Source of the DNA: a virus
Reading direction: 5' to 3' (one strand)
IMG/VR virus record: IMGVR_UViG_3300012936_000005
Span: 21,043-85,042 of that record
Length of the DNA: 64,000 nucleotides
Part shown: in pieces, positions 18,972 to 32,500 of the stretch
Numbering within the stretch: position 1 is the stretch's first letter
Layout: each line of letters begins with the position of its first letter
Notes under the pieces: model-generated
Told to the model about the DNA's origin: nothing
Databases searched by the model: none
What the model saw: only the letters and a program-made list of their open reading frames with translations
Translations under genes and position numbers: made by a program

Positions 18972-20808
18972 TCAAAGTCCCCGGAGTCAAGTCTTGCACA
19001 TAAGTCCAGGCTCCTGCTGTAACTCTGAATAATTTAAGTGTTCTTGTTACTGTACTTGTAATATTACCAGTAGCATCGTTAAATGTAGCACTTTGAATAA
19101 CACTTACAGAGCCATCGTCGTTGCCACTATTGTCTTTTTGCTGTACTAGTACTGTACTTTCATTAAATGCAGTGTTCAAAGCAGAACCTGTAAGCGTTGC
19201 TGTAGCACCTGTAGTAGTTGTACAGTGTATTCTAGCTTCGGTACCGTTCTGTTTTGAGATTGCTGGAGAAATATCATTCAAAATTGTAGCTATATTTGTA
19301 TGTTGTTGTGCAGTTCCTGATCCTCCTAGCCCTGTTACATCTAAAGCAAGTGATAAAACTTCTAAATTTATGCTAGAATCCACATATGCTTTTGTTGCTA
19401 CGTCTTGATCTGCTGTTGGATCACTAACATTTCTAATTTGTCTTGGTGTAACTAAGTTGATATTACCAGCCGCTGTAATATTCATACCGTTTCCGCTACC
19501 ATCAACTGTTGTAGTAGATAAGTTATTACCACCTGTAAAACTAAAACTACCAATATTTGCTGATGTTAATGCACCAATACTTGTAATACCAACACCAGCA
19601 GAGCCAGTAATGATATCAACACCGTTAAATTTAAGGGAACTTGCACCTGTTAAGTTAATACTAACATTAGACGTCCAAGCGTTTGTAGAATTACGCCATA
19701 AAAGTTCTTTATTACCATTAGATGATGCTACTATAATACCTGCTTCGTCAACTCCTGAATCATCTAGCAGTGTACTATCGTCACCTTTTGCAAGTTCAAT
19801 GCTTTTATCTCTTACCAATAATTTTTGTACATCAAGTTCTGTAGTATCTCCGTCCACTATTAAGTTTCCTGCAACACGCATGTTACCACCAACATCTAAA
19901 GTTTGTGTTGGATTAGTGTTAAAAATACCTATTCTACTATTTCCAGAATCAATAGTCATTGCATCTGTTTTACCAGTGCTAGTTGTCATTCTAAATGTAT
20001 AATTTTGTCCTGAAACTTGGTTCTCGTTTACAACTCCTTCTGCTGTAACTTTTACCACATTGTTATCAGTAAGTCCAATAGTCAGTCCATTGTTATTTCT
20101 AACTGTTAATGCTCCTGATGTTGCATCATCAGAGTCACTAGCAAGGAACTGTGCCGCTGTTCTTGATATATTGTTACTATCAACTAGTGCTGATGTTCTA
20201 GTTGCTGTACCTGCAAAAACAAAATCTGAGTCAACAACGTTAAATCCTTTTACAACGTCTCCTGTATACCCTGGAATAGTATCTACGTTTTGTGGAGTAA
20301 ATCCAATTTTGCTCCATAGCCCAACAAATGTTCCACCTACCCAATATTTTACAATAGTTCTACTTGTTCCTGTGTTATCAAGTACTGTTATTACCTCAGG
20401 TCCTGACTTACCTTGGAACGCATTATAAATTGGTCCTGCTAATTCTAAATCCGTACCATCAAAAAAGTAAAGTTGGTTAGCATCGTTATCAATCCACATG
20501 TCACCTGCAACCATTGTTGGCTGTGTAGGTTGTACAATCGGTCCACCGCCGGTAGTCCAATCTGTACCTGTGTAAACTTTTAATCTACTGTTTGAAGTAT
20601 CCCACCAAATTTGACCTGCTAAAGGATTGGATGGTGAACCTGTTCCAGCAAAATTTTCTAGCATCTTAACAAAGTTTTCGTTTATGCTTTCGCCAAACCC
20701 TGTATAGTTTTTACCTATTAGTGTGATATCTGTTGATATTGTATCTATTTGCCCGTCTGCTAGGTTTACAAGTAACGCTCCGCTTGTCTTATTAATTTGA
20801 TATGCCAT
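18967..20808 (-). CDS. tail fibre protein
   Basis: Same N-terminal anchor; RIGIFNTNPTQTLDVGG and VSDPTADQDVATKAYVD fibre motifs. Confidence 0.75.
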   Translation of the reverse strand: MAYQINKTSGALLVNLADGQIDTISTDITLIGKNYTGFGESINENFVKMLENFAGTGSPSNPLAGQIWWDTSNSRLKVYTGTDWTTGGGPIVQPTQPTMVAGDMWIDNDANQLYFFDGTDLELAGPIYNAFQGKSGPEVITVLDNTGTSRTIVKYWVGGTFVGLWSKIGFTPQNVDTIPGYTGDVVKGFNVVDSDFVFAGTATRTSALVDSNNISRTAAQFLASDSDDATSGALTVRNNNGLTIGLTDNNVVKVTAEGVVNENQVSGQNYTFRMTTSTGKTDAMTIDSGNSRIGIFNTNPTQTLDVGGNMRVAGNLIVDGDTTELDVQKLLVRDKSIELAKGDDSTLLDDSGVDEAGIIVASSNGNKELLWRNSTNAWTSNVSINLTGASSLKFNGVDIITGSAGVGITSIGALTSANIGSFSFTGGNNLSTTTVDGSGNGMNITAAGNINLVTPRQIRNVSDPTADQDVATKAYVDSSINLEVLSLALDVTGLGGSGTAQQHTNIATILNDISPAISKQNGTEARIHCTTTTGATATLTGSALNTAFNESTVLVQQKDNSGNDDGSVSVIQSATFNDATGNITSTVTRTLKLFRVTAGAWTYVQDLTPGTLI

Positions 20809-20809
20809 A

Positions 20810-22891
20810 TTAGCCCCCGACTCCTGTGTAGATAATGTATTTGACTGTTAAGAACGGATTCATAACATTATATGGAGTGCCTAGTTCTGTAATATCAAAT
20901 GTTTCAAATTCTTCTAAACCTGTATTTTGATTGTATTGAATATTTCTTCTGTTTAACACACCACCTGATGATGTACGTGCTTGTCCAGCACCAGAACCTG
21001 TTGGAGCATCATACGGTATAGTATCAGCATCTTGCTGTGTACCACTATCGTCTAATATGACATAGAACTGAGCACCTTTGGGTGATCTTAAATCATGTTC
21101 GTGTTCAGGTAAGTTTTTAACATCAATAGATCTGCTTTCAACTCCTGAACCTAGTCCTACTGTATCAGCATTAGCATCTGTAACTCTGTTTGCACTCGAT
21201 CCGCCCATATTATCTGCACCTAAGGCAAATCTACCTCTAAAGTCTGGTAGTCCAAAAAATCCTGACTGTACTTGGCTTTGGTCTTTGAATTGATACTGAA
21301 TACTATTGTACAAACTTAAATAATCTGCGATTCTAACTTCTGTACCATCACATAGTAACCATCCTGCTGGAGTATTAACTCCACCAAATGGAACAATAGT
21401 ACCAATTGGAATTACCGGCACACTACTTACTAGTGCCGCTTGTGATATTTTAAATACACCTGTGTCATCACCTGAAATTCTGTTAATAATTATTTCATCA
21501 TCATTATTAGGTTGTGTTGCAAGAGTTTTGTTTGCAATAAAAGTATTACTAATTGCAGTATTAAATGTTTTTGTTGTTCCGCCAACCTGTCCATCAAATG
21601 TAATTTGGTTTGAACTTACATCTCCAGTAAGTTGAAATGTTGATGCACTTGTTAATTTATTTGCGTTTGTTGCACCACCTGTAACTGTACCTGTAATATT
21701 ACCAATTAAGTTTCCTCTAAACTCAACAGCATGTACAGCTGACCAACGCTTGTCACTTGTTCCTAAAGAATATGTTTGAGTTGCTATAGGTGTTATTGCT
21801 CCAACTGTACTTGATCCTGCAACATTTAAATCTGTGCCTACAAATAGTTTCTTAGCAATACCAACACCACCGCTTATTTTTACAGCACCAGTACCAATAC
21901 TTGCACTATCTGTGGTACCTTGTACAATTAAATTTGCACTTGTTTGTATTGAACCTGCTACGTCTAATGCTTCTGCAGGTGATAATGTATTGATACCTAC
22001 TTTTTCTGTAGAGTCAATTCTAATTACATTTGCTTGCACACCTAAGTTATTAACCTTAAAGTCAATTGGTGCACCTGAAGTTAAGTTAGTTACAACTCCT
22101 GATGTACCTTGGACATCAAAAGTAACAATAGCATCTTGTCCTACTTGTATACCAGAGTTATTACTAATTGTTAATTTTTGTGATGATGTACTTGCTACAT
22201 CTGATCTTAAAAAATTAGACGAAGCTACACTTGCTCCTGCTACCACTAAATTTTCTGCTTTTTCACTTGTGCCAAAATATTTTCCAATACCGTCACCACC
22301 GATATTTGCATTAGATAAATTTAATCCTGGCTGTATAATTGTAAATCCTGGAATAGTACTCTTAGGTTGGAATGTTCTTGTAGAATAAATTGCAATAGGA
22401 TTACCGCCTACTTCAAGTTGTAAAATAGTATAAAGTACTTCATCTTTACCTGTAACAACAACTGGCTTCGCACCTGTTAAAAGTCCATCACTGTACTCAG
22501 GTCCGACTAGTGTCCATCCACTACCTGTAAAGATATACAACTGATTGTTGTCAGTATCAGACCAAAGGTCTCCTTGTAGTGCATTTGCAACGTCTGGCGC
22601 ATTGTTTCCTTTTTTAAGTCCACTTGCATTTACCCAGCTAGTACCGTCATATAATTTTAAAGTATCAACTCCTGTTGAACTATCATACCATAACTGTCCT
22701 TGTACAGGGTTACGTGGTGCTGATGTATTTGCAAAATTTTCTAGTAGCTTAAGAAAGCTCTCTGCTATAACTGACCCATAACTAGTTGTGTTACGTCCAG
22801 GAATATCTAAACTTGTTTGCTGGTTAATTGTGCTATCTTCAATTGAGATAGTTCCCTTGTTAGTATCTGAGTAGTTAATTGTATAAGCCAT
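20810..22891 (-). CDS. tail fibre with tail-collar domain (T4 gp12/gp10-like C-terminus)
   Basis: IPIGTIVPFGG...GWLLCDG...LPDFRGRF, NLPEHEH, NVMNPFLTVKYIIY. Confidence 0.8.
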   Translation of the reverse strand: MAYTINYSDTNKGTISIEDSTINQQTSLDIPGRNTTSYGSVIAESFLKLLENFANTSAPRNPVQGQLWYDSSTGVDTLKLYDGTSWVNASGLKKGNNAPDVANALQGDLWSDTDNNQLYIFTGSGWTLVGPEYSDGLLTGAKPVVVTGKDEVLYTILQLEVGGNPIAIYSTRTFQPKSTIPGFTIIQPGLNLSNANIGGDGIGKYFGTSEKAENLVVAGASVASSNFLRSDVASTSSQKLTISNNSGIQVGQDAIVTFDVQGTSGVVTNLTSGAPIDFKVNNLGVQANVIRIDSTEKVGINTLSPAEALDVAGSIQTSANLIVQGTTDSASIGTGAVKISGGVGIAKKLFVGTDLNVAGSSTVGAITPIATQTYSLGTSDKRWSAVHAVEFRGNLIGNITGTVTGGATNANKLTSASTFQLTGDVSSNQITFDGQVGGTTKTFNTAISNTFIANKTLATQPNNDDEIIINRISGDDTGVFKISQAALVSSVPVIPIGTIVPFGGVNTPAGWLLCDGTEVRIADYLSLYNSIQYQFKDQSQVQSGFFGLPDFRGRFALGADNMGGSSANRVTDANADTVGLGSGVESRSIDVKNLPEHEHDLRSPKGAQFYVILDDSGTQQDADTIPYDAPTGSGAGQARTSSGGVLNRRNIQYNQNTGLEEFETFDITELGTPYNVMNPFLTVKYIIYTGVGG

Positions 22892-23502
22892 TATTCACTA
22901 AATCCTGACAAACTTTGTACACGCACAGTATAGTCAATTTGAATTAATCTATTCAAACTTTTTTGTACTGGGTGGAAAATTACATGTGTTAACAGTCTGC
23001 CTTGTCCTGATGGGCTATAACTTACAAGTCCTAGTTCATCAAATACATACAAACTGTCAGCGTTCGTTGCGTTATCAACAGCATCTTGTCCTGAAGGTTC
23101 ACCATAATCAAGTAAACAACTTACAACAATATCTGTATAGTTAGTACCACTTACGTGCCTTGATTCAATTTTATTTCTTGCAGGATCAGTGTTATTAACA
23201 CTTCTATCATCAACAACTTTAATAAATGTTTGGTTATAAAGACTAGCGTTAGTGCCTGTACTGTTAGGTGTAAGGTATGTAATAATTCCAGTAGGGTCAA
23301 TGCTAGTTCCACCATTACCAAATGCCATTTGATAGATAGTTCCTTGTCCTGCATTTGCTAAACTTTCTGCGAGCGAAATACTCATATTCTCGTAGTGAAT
23401 AGCATTACGTTTATCAACAATAACTTCGCCCGTTTTAGCGTCGGTTATCTTAATATGTCCTTGGAGCATTACTCCGTTTTCTTCTTTAATGTTGTCAATC
23501 AT
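22891..23502 (-). CDS. putative baseplate/tail-fibre attachment protein
   Basis: GHIKITD...NAI, MAFGNGG, FDELGL, IQIDYTVR; context. Confidence 0.55.
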   Translation of the reverse strand: MIDNIKEENGVMLQGHIKITDAKTGEVIVDKRNAIHYENMSISLAESLANAGQGTIYQMAFGNGGTSIDPTGIITYLTPNSTGTNASLYNQTFIKVVDDRSVNNTDPARNKIESRHVSGTNYTDIVVSCLLDYGEPSGQDAVDNATNADSLYVFDELGLVSYSPSGQGRLLTHVIFHPVQKSLNRLIQIDYTVRVQSLSGFSE

Positions 23503-23522
23503 ACCTTTGTCCTATACTGTAT

Positions 23523-26500
23523 TTATTTGGGTAGCTCCACCTTTTCTGCCTTAAAGAAACGTGCTACCAAACTTTCCGCATCATTAAGTGAAATTCCTGG
23601 GTCTGTCCAGCGTTTTCCTTGTCTTCTTACAATTTTTATCTTTGCATTCACTGCTGGTGTATTTAACAGAGTAAGTGCTGGCGTTGTGCCGTCTACTGAA
23701 AACTCTGCTGGAGCAGTTTCGTCTGCTTCGGGTGAATCTTGATCTAGTGCAGGATTAAACATTTGTATAGCGTTTTTACGCAATCTTTTACCTGCTACAA
23801 ACACTTCAAACTCATTAGTGTTTTTAGGAGTAAATCCTAAAGGAAATACTGTAGTAGAACCGTCACCTATTTGCTCGTCTACAATAGTTTGATCTGCATA
23901 TGGTGCTGTCTGTGTAGATCCTTGATTATATACATCACTTCCTGCTTCGTGAACGCTTGCTACACCTGTTCCAAGTGTTCCTCTCTGTATTTGACGTAAT
24001 ACATTGCCTTGTTTTATTAAAAATTCAATACGCTCACCGTTTATGAAAATAATACCCGGGATACTACTATTTTTATCCGGAGTACTAATTGCACTTGCAT
24101 CATCTAAGAAAATTTCTTTATCAAAAGTTTTTAAATCTTTTGCTAATTTAAGTGGAGCAACATCTCCAAGTCTTTTGTAAATATTTCTGTTTAGAATATC
24201 TTTAAATTGACTGAATCCAAAGTTTGAGCTTATTTCACCTTGGGCACTAAATTGTATAACTTCAACTACATCATTATCTGCAAATGAACCTTTGTATTTT
24301 ACAAAATTCTTATCTTCAGTAAGTTTATAATCGACACTTGGCGTTTGTAATACGCCGTTGACTGTTAACCAAACATATTGGGCATCAATAGCAGGATATC
24401 TTAATTTTACTAATCCTGCTTTTATATGATTAAATTGTATATGATCGTCTGTGCCAACAGTAACTGGTGTTCTTGCAATAACATCAAAGTTCTGTCTTTC
24501 AAAATCCATACTGTCATGTTTGTTAAATGTGTAAACTGTTAATTTTTGTCCTTCAGCAGGTGCTGTTTTTAATTGTAAATCTGCACCACTGTCTACCCAA
24601 GTTAGATTAGAATTAATAGTTTGTACACTACCAAAGGCATAGTCGCCGTCTGTTCTTAAATAAACTTCTAAAATATCACCTTCTCGACCTATTCCTGGCT
24701 CAAGTATAACACTACTATTTGCAGGACGTAGATTATATTCAACTGCAATAGTAAGTTCTTTACCATTGAGTAATATTAGTATATCTTTAGCTTGGAAACT
24801 TCCAATCGGTGATTGCCACAACTCTAAGAAGTATTCTCTCTGTGCTAATTTACAATTAAACTGTTGATTGTAACCAGGATTTAATATTTTATTATCTAGT
24901 TTAACAATAACATTATGACTGTTTGGTTTTGAACTGTAAGGTGTTTTATCTAATGAAAATACTTTTGTGCTTCCGTCTCCAACAAACTCAGTAGTTTCAA
25001 TTTTACTAAAACTATCAACTGAAGTGTATACAGCATAATTTATAATACTATTATCTGGTGGAGGACTACCAAAAACTATCATTGCCTTAGGATCTTCGCC
25101 TGAACTATCACCTGTAGATGTTAAGACTGATTCTACTAATACACCGTTTACTGTAGCATAATAATCTAATTTGCTATCATAATGTATTTTAGTTACATAT
25201 GCATTAGTACTACCGTCGCCAATAAACTGACTTTGTTCTATAGCGTTTGTACCGTTACCACTAATTGAAACAATGTTAACTTCTTGATTTGCATTAGGCA
25301 CTGTGTCAAATGTAATTGTTTTTAATCTATAATCTACTTTATATAATGTTTGAGCTTGAATTACATCATCTAGCTTAACTATTAATGCATCTTTGTTTTG
25401 AGGTTGTATTCCAAAATTAAATTTATTTGTAACGCCGTCTGTTCTATAAGAATTGCTAGATAATACACTACCTCCATCTTTTGGACGATGAAATACTCTA
25501 ATATCCAAAGTATCTAATACTTGTCCTGGAACTTGTTCCTCAGGGCCTTTTGATGTTGTTGGGCTTACAAAATCATCACCATCTACAATTATCTCTTCAG
25601 GGTTAATCCCTTTTGCTGTACTAAATGCAAAGTCGCCACCTCTTAGAATTGTATCATATGATCTTGGATCAGGTAAGAAAGAACCATCCGATGTAGTTTT
25701 TCTAAACACTATAATATCATTTGGACTTGTGCTTATTAGTTCTTCGTCAAATACTATTATATCATTTCCTAGTGTGCCTGCATCATCATATAAAGCAACA
25801 CCAGTTTGTCCTGCTCCTGTAACACTTTGCATTACTGCTCTAGTATTAGTTACAGGATTACTTGTTCCGTAGTTTGGATCATCTAATCTAACTCCGTTTT
25901 TATAAACATTATATACTGCACCAGCTTCTAACGGTTTTACAAAATTTAACACTCTTGTACTGTCATCACCAATTTGGAATATTTCATCCTCAAAGGTAGT
26001 ATCAAATGTGTCATATGTTGTAGTAAACCATTCGTCTGCGTCCCAACCTGTACCTGTTCCAAAGTCAAAACTACTTACTTCTACACCGCCATAATCAATA
26101 CCATCTAATAACTGAGCTAAATCATTACCATACATTCCTGATGTTGGATTATAATAAAGATTAATTCTGTCTTGTGCTTGTAATAATTCAGGCGCCTTAT
26201 TATAGGTAATAACTACTGATTGATTAATAGCAAGTGCATTAGTAAATGTAATCCTACCATAACTTCTAGTATATCCTTTTGAAGTGTCGGTAATATTTGT
26301 AAATGAATATTCACTGCGTAATGCTTCTAGCCCACCAACTGTAACTTTAATTTGTGTAGACTTTAACTGCATAGGCCATTTTAAATTAAATATCTGTTGA
26401 TCTAATGTACTTGTAAATGTTTGTGTTTCTCCTAGTGTCTGGAATAGATACGTACCAGTAACTCTATCAAACTTACATCTAATATGAGCTGATTTAGTTT

Positions 26501-29500
26501 TACCTTCTCCAAGTATTGGACTTAGTCTTGCAACTGATCCACCATCATCTATTGAGCCGACTATATCAATCTTAGGACTTGTTAAATATCCGCTACCACC
26601 GTTTGTAACTCTAACACTTGTTACTCTTCCGTTACCTATAAATGCTTCTGCTGTTGCTCCTGAACCGCCACCGCCACTAATAACAATTTTAGGTGCAACT
26701 TGATATCCGGATCCTGCATCTGCAATACTAAAGGACTTAATTTGGAAACCAACATTGTCTAACCAATGTTTACTAGGATAATTTTGTAAATCTGATGCAC
26801 CAGCTAATACTTTGCCGTCAATAATTTGGACACTCTGCGGAACAATTTTTCCTTCATCTTCATTGTAGTAAGGAGCAAGATCGAAATCAGTTATTACATT
26901 ACTAGCAGGATCTATTTTTTCATATGAGCTTAAATATTCTCTAATCTTAGTTTTGTAAGGTTTCATTTCTTCTACATAGTTTTGATAGCTAGGTAGACTA
27001 TCATTTTGGAATGTAACTTTTTGTTTTAATTCACCAATGTTATGTTTTGCTTTTACAAAACTAGTCTTAAATAACCAATCAACATTAGGTTGCTCACTTA
27101 GTACATATCGCACACTTGCAAAGAATAACTCGTTCCAATGTATTGCTAGATTATCAATAAAGATATCTGATTTAAGTATTTCTAATATTTTTCTAAATTC
27201 TGTATTTGGTTCTGTATCATAGAATATTTTATCAAAACTTGCACCGTCAAATGCAGTATTACTAGCATTGCTATCATATAAACTATTTTTAAACAGTATA
27301 GTTCCGTTCTCTCTACCAATAGTTTCGTAACTTAAAGTATAATCTTGTGTATCAAGGTTAGCTATTTTTCTAAGTAGCAACCAGCCACCTGTACCTACAC
27401 TGTTAATTTTTACAATATCACCTATCTCATCATCTAATGCATAAATTTCATAGCTTGAATCAATAGTATGATTTATAAATGTAAATTGATTGTATCCTGA
27501 TGCATACCAATCTGTGTATTGCCAGTAAAGATTGATATCATAACTTTGTGTCAGTGTTCTAAGATATTCTGTGCCATCCCATTGGTATACACTCCACTTG
27601 CCATTAATTGTTTCATCACTTTTGACTAGAACAGCAAAACTTCTTACGCTTATAGATAAGTTTGTGGTATAATCTCTTCCACCATTTATAATATTAACAT
27701 TTGATATTGAGCCGTTAGCATCTAACACAAATTCTAATTCTGCTCCTGAACCTTCTATATCACTAATTGTATATGTTGGCACATTAATATAACCTTGTCC
27801 TGCATCATTTATTAGCACGTTAATAATAACACCATTCTCAACTTCTAGTTGTAGACTAGCAGGTTTTACTCTAGCTATACTAACAAAACCTATTTCAGCA
27901 AAACTATCAGCAGTTGTGTCAAATATTCCTGTAGCAACTGTAGGCTGTGGATCAAAACCTGTAAGTTTTGTAAGATCAAAATCATCTACTATTAAATTTT
28001 TACCTAATGTGTTGTTTACTCTTTCTACAAACTGTTTCCGTGCTTCAGTTCTGTTTACAAACCAACTCTGTCTTGGATCATTTAATGCACCATAACGTAA
28101 TTTTACAGGTAAATTAATATCAGGCACTGGCCTGTCGTTAGTATCAAATCCAACTAAACTATCGAACCATTTTTGTTCTATATCTCTGTTAGGTACGCTT
28201 GTTTCTAATCCATCACTTATTAATTGGTATTGAATGTGTGTTGGCTGTTCTTGATTTTCAATGGTCCACCAATTAAAGCTAATTGCAGTTTCTTTGTCTT
28301 GTATAAAAGAGTCGCAGTTATATAAACTAAATCTATTTGATCCAAGCATTGCTACAAATCTATAACCTGTAATTTCTGGATTTGTAATATATCTTATGAC
28401 GTCACTACAAGTTGTTACTCTACCATCTACAGGCGGTAGTGTTGCTTTTCCTAACACCCAGTAATAATAATAATTTGTAAATGTTTCAGAACCTTGATCA
28501 TATTTTCTTCTTACTGTGTAGGCATTATCGCCGTATTTTGTTGTTCCACTTATACCACTTGTAAGTCCAGCATCTGTTCCAGACTGTTCGTCCCATTCGC
28601 TTGGTAGTAACTCTGACTCAACCCATTCATAAACTTCTACAGTTGATCCAGGAAATAGCTTGTTAAAGTTAGAAGTTGCTTCAGTTATGTCACCTTGATG
28701 ATGATTAATAAATTTAGCACTGTCAATATCCCACCATAGTTTGCCTACCCATTCATCACTCGTATAATCTAAAGGATGTGCAACAACATTTGAAGTAGCT
28801 GATGTAAATGAATATCTTGCAGGGTCATAACTTGTTTTAAATGATATTTCTTGTTCTGCTGGTCCTGCAATTTTTCCTTGAATTGGATCAATATAATCAA
28901 GATATGTAAGCAAGCCATTTGTTTTCTTATCGTACAAATATACACCTTTGAACTTAGACGTATCTGCTGGTAGGACAGGCTGTCTAGTTATTGACCATGA
29001 TGTTGTGCCTGCTGGTTTACGATACTCTGCAACTAATCCTTTATCAAGCACACTACTGTTAGGAACTTGTTGTTTTGGTAAACCAATGTAAACATGGTTT
29101 TTACTTACAAGCATTCTATTACCAAAATCTTGTGTGTCTAAATCATATGTAAAGTTTTGACTGTATAATAATGAATCATTAACAGTTTCATATAAACTAA
29201 CAACTCCACTACCTTGATCTATTGTTTGGAATTTTGTAGAATTGTTATCAAAAGAAGTTGCAATAGGATTAACACCAGACTTTGGATCTAATACATATTG
29301 TTCATTTTCTTTAAGATTTCTAAACGTATCAAATGATGTTACGCTAGTCATACTGCCGCCTCTTGATGCTACAGCTAGGGTGTTTCCATCAAAGTCAATC
29401 TTTGTACCAAATTGTATGTTTACTGATTTATCAATAGGTCTAAGTGTCTGTGAGTATACAAATGTATTATCTTTTTGTATATAAAGATATACTGCTCCAG

Positions 29501-32500
29501 CATTATCAGCTACATCACTATTGAAAGGTGCTCCCACAGCAATTTTTTTGCCGTCTTCTGATACTGCTATAGTTGCTCCAAAATCTTCTGTTTGGTTAAA
29601 TGGTTCTAATATTTGTGAATATTCGTAACTGGAATCATTTAGTCTGTATACAACAACTTTTCTATTTGCTATACTACTATCTAAACCTAATGATACTCCT
29701 CCTGACTCTATTTCATATACACTTGTGTATACAGAGTTTGCAATTAATACTTCGCCCTTTGAACTTACATCAAAGTCAGAACCAAATGCTTCTAAATTAT
29801 TTTGTTCAAGTACACTCTCTACTAAAGAAAAATTAGTATCATTAGGCACATATCCTAATAAGTCTAATCCGCTTGTTTGAGCAGTCCATTGATTTACATT
29901 AAAAGGTCCCGGAATGGAATTTGTATTTGCTTTGTAAATAGTTTCGCCGAATCTAACAAATTCACCTTCGAAATAAGTTGCAGATAATCTAAAATCTCCT
30001 CTATAATTTTTCTGTACAGATAGTGCCCAGTCATCGGTGCTATTTTTGTTTACAAAATATATACGTCCTTGGTTTGCTTCACTGCCGTCACCTTGAGCAT
30101 GAATATAAAGTTTATAACTATTAGCGTCTGGTTGTACGAATCTTAACTTAGTTCCTAATTGTCTATTGTTGGCACTGTTAGGAACTGTGTAATAACTAAT
30201 TAATTGATATGTTACACCTTTCATTTCATAAATTGCAAAAGTACCTTGCTCACTAAGCCCCGTACCATATCCTTCTGCAATTACAGGAATGTTATATACT
30301 CTAGTCCAATCTAAATTAATACTTGATGGAGGATTAGCTGAATCTGTAATTCCTTCTATTACAGTAGATGAATAAATCCAGTATTCTAAATCACGCAGAT
30401 AATTTGTTCCGCTTGCAACTACCGGAATATTTGTGCCACTGTCAATAATTATTAATGGACCCGAAATACTATTTTCCATATGAGCTGAATTAATTGGTCC
30501 TATTGTTCTAACAGTAGAATCATTTTCAATGTATGTGGCATTTGAATTTACACCAAAATCAGATCCTAATGCCCATGTACCATTTCTATTCTTTAAATAA
30601 ATTTTTGCTGTAGAAAAAGCACGTTCAATAAATGCAATTTCACCTGTAGATCCTGTATTTGTACAAGTAAGTATATCTCCTATATTAGGAATAAAAGGAT
30701 CACCATTCAAATCAAAATTTGTAAGTCTAACTTCAACATAACCATTCCATACATCTGCTACTGTATGTTCTGTGCTGTTAATATAACTTGAAGTTAGTCC
30801 TATCGCATTAGGATCTTGTACTAAACCGTTAACACGGATAGTATTGACCCAAAATCTTGTTTTATCTCCTGGAGTAATGCTGTTTCCGTGAGCTAATGGA
30901 GTACGCACCCACCATTTGCTATCTAAAACTTGTATATTACTCTGTCCTTGTGTATGAGATAATATTCCAAACTCTGATGCTTTAGTAGGATGAGCAGTAG
31001 ACGATAGCACTTTCGTATCTAAAATATTACTGAAAAACGGATTGTTTACTATTTCAGTTTCTAATGTAATATCTTGGATTACAAGATTAGCTTTTGTTTC
31101 AACAAGATTAGTTGATGTAAAAGTGCTTCCTACAGATACATACCACCAACCTGTATGATAGTTGTCTGTAATAGTTAATTCTTCTACGTAATCACCAACC
31201 AAGATTCCGTTAGCGTAGATTTTGCCTGATCCTTGGAATGAACCGTTAACATCCTTGATGTACATAGTCATTTCATTTTCATTGTTTGTTCTACGGTACA
31301 TTATAGTTGCTCTACATGTATCTGTAGTAATTTCTGTACCAGCATCTGGCACACTTAACGCACTTTGAATATGAATGATATGTTGTACCTTATCTACAAT
31401 AGTATGATTACCGTTGATTAAAGATTCTGTAAGCGTTGTATCTCCGTTAAATGGTTCTGTACCAGCTTGTGCTGTTGTTGTATACTTGTTCCATTTTAGA
31501 GTTAATATATCTCCAGGCTTTGTTCCTTCAAATTGTTCTTTCTCTGCTCTAATTAAAATATGATCAGTATCTGAGTTAGCACCTAGCGTATAATCTCCGC
31601 GGACTATATATTCAATAGTTGGATATTCTTGGGTATCTGTGTTGTAATCGTCTTCTTTTGCTTGTGCATTTGACGAATGATTACTAAAACTTTGTAATGC
31701 ATCTGCATCAATATTTCTATCTGCTTTCCATAATTGATCAGAAAATAAAACAATATCACCTTGAACGTATGCAACCTTATTGTTATAATCACCTCTCAGT
31801 TTGCTTTTTACATTTGATGCATGTGGCGATCCTACTGCTAAATATTTTCCATCTGGACTGACTGCTACACTTTGGCCAAATCCTCCATTTGAATCAAACA
31901 AGAATGCTTGTTCGTCTATTTGTTGTAAAAATCCAAATTCATTATTGTCACTAGGTCTTTGGAAAATATATACGCTTCCGTTAAGATCTTTAGGAGCAGT
32001 AATTGCTATGCGATTATTATTGCTTGTGACACTAAATGCTGTACCAAAATCTTTTTCTGTTGAATCTAATATTCCTGCAGAAGTGTTTATAATGTTTGGT
32101 TTTAATTCAAATACTTCTCTGTTACTTAAAGTTAACCATTGCCCTGTGTCATCATCGTCTACCCATAAAGTATTGTTAAGGTTACTAACACCTAGACTAT
32201 CATTAGCATCTTTCAAATTAGGTAATCTTGCAGTTTCAAATTTTGTTACATAGCCATTTATTTCAACGCCATCTTCCGGATCTTCAATATCTTCATCTTC
32301 TACAGATTCTAACACGATAGAATTTAGAGAAGTGCTATCTACTTTATAGTACCCATCAGTCGCATCATCAATATCATTTAAACCTATTATATCACCTTTA
32401 GCAAAATCTGCTACTTTGTCACAAGTTACTGTAAACAAGCCAGCATTAGTTGCAGTATAGTTTGTAATTCTTAAATCAGTAGCAACAAGTTTATAAACTC

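Noticed and set aside
19121-22781. Several 70-184-aa plus-strand ORFs opposite the tail fibres (similar ones lie opposite the radical-SAM and tape-measure genes)
   Set aside because: Antisense shadows caused by codon bias; fully nested in well-supported genes.
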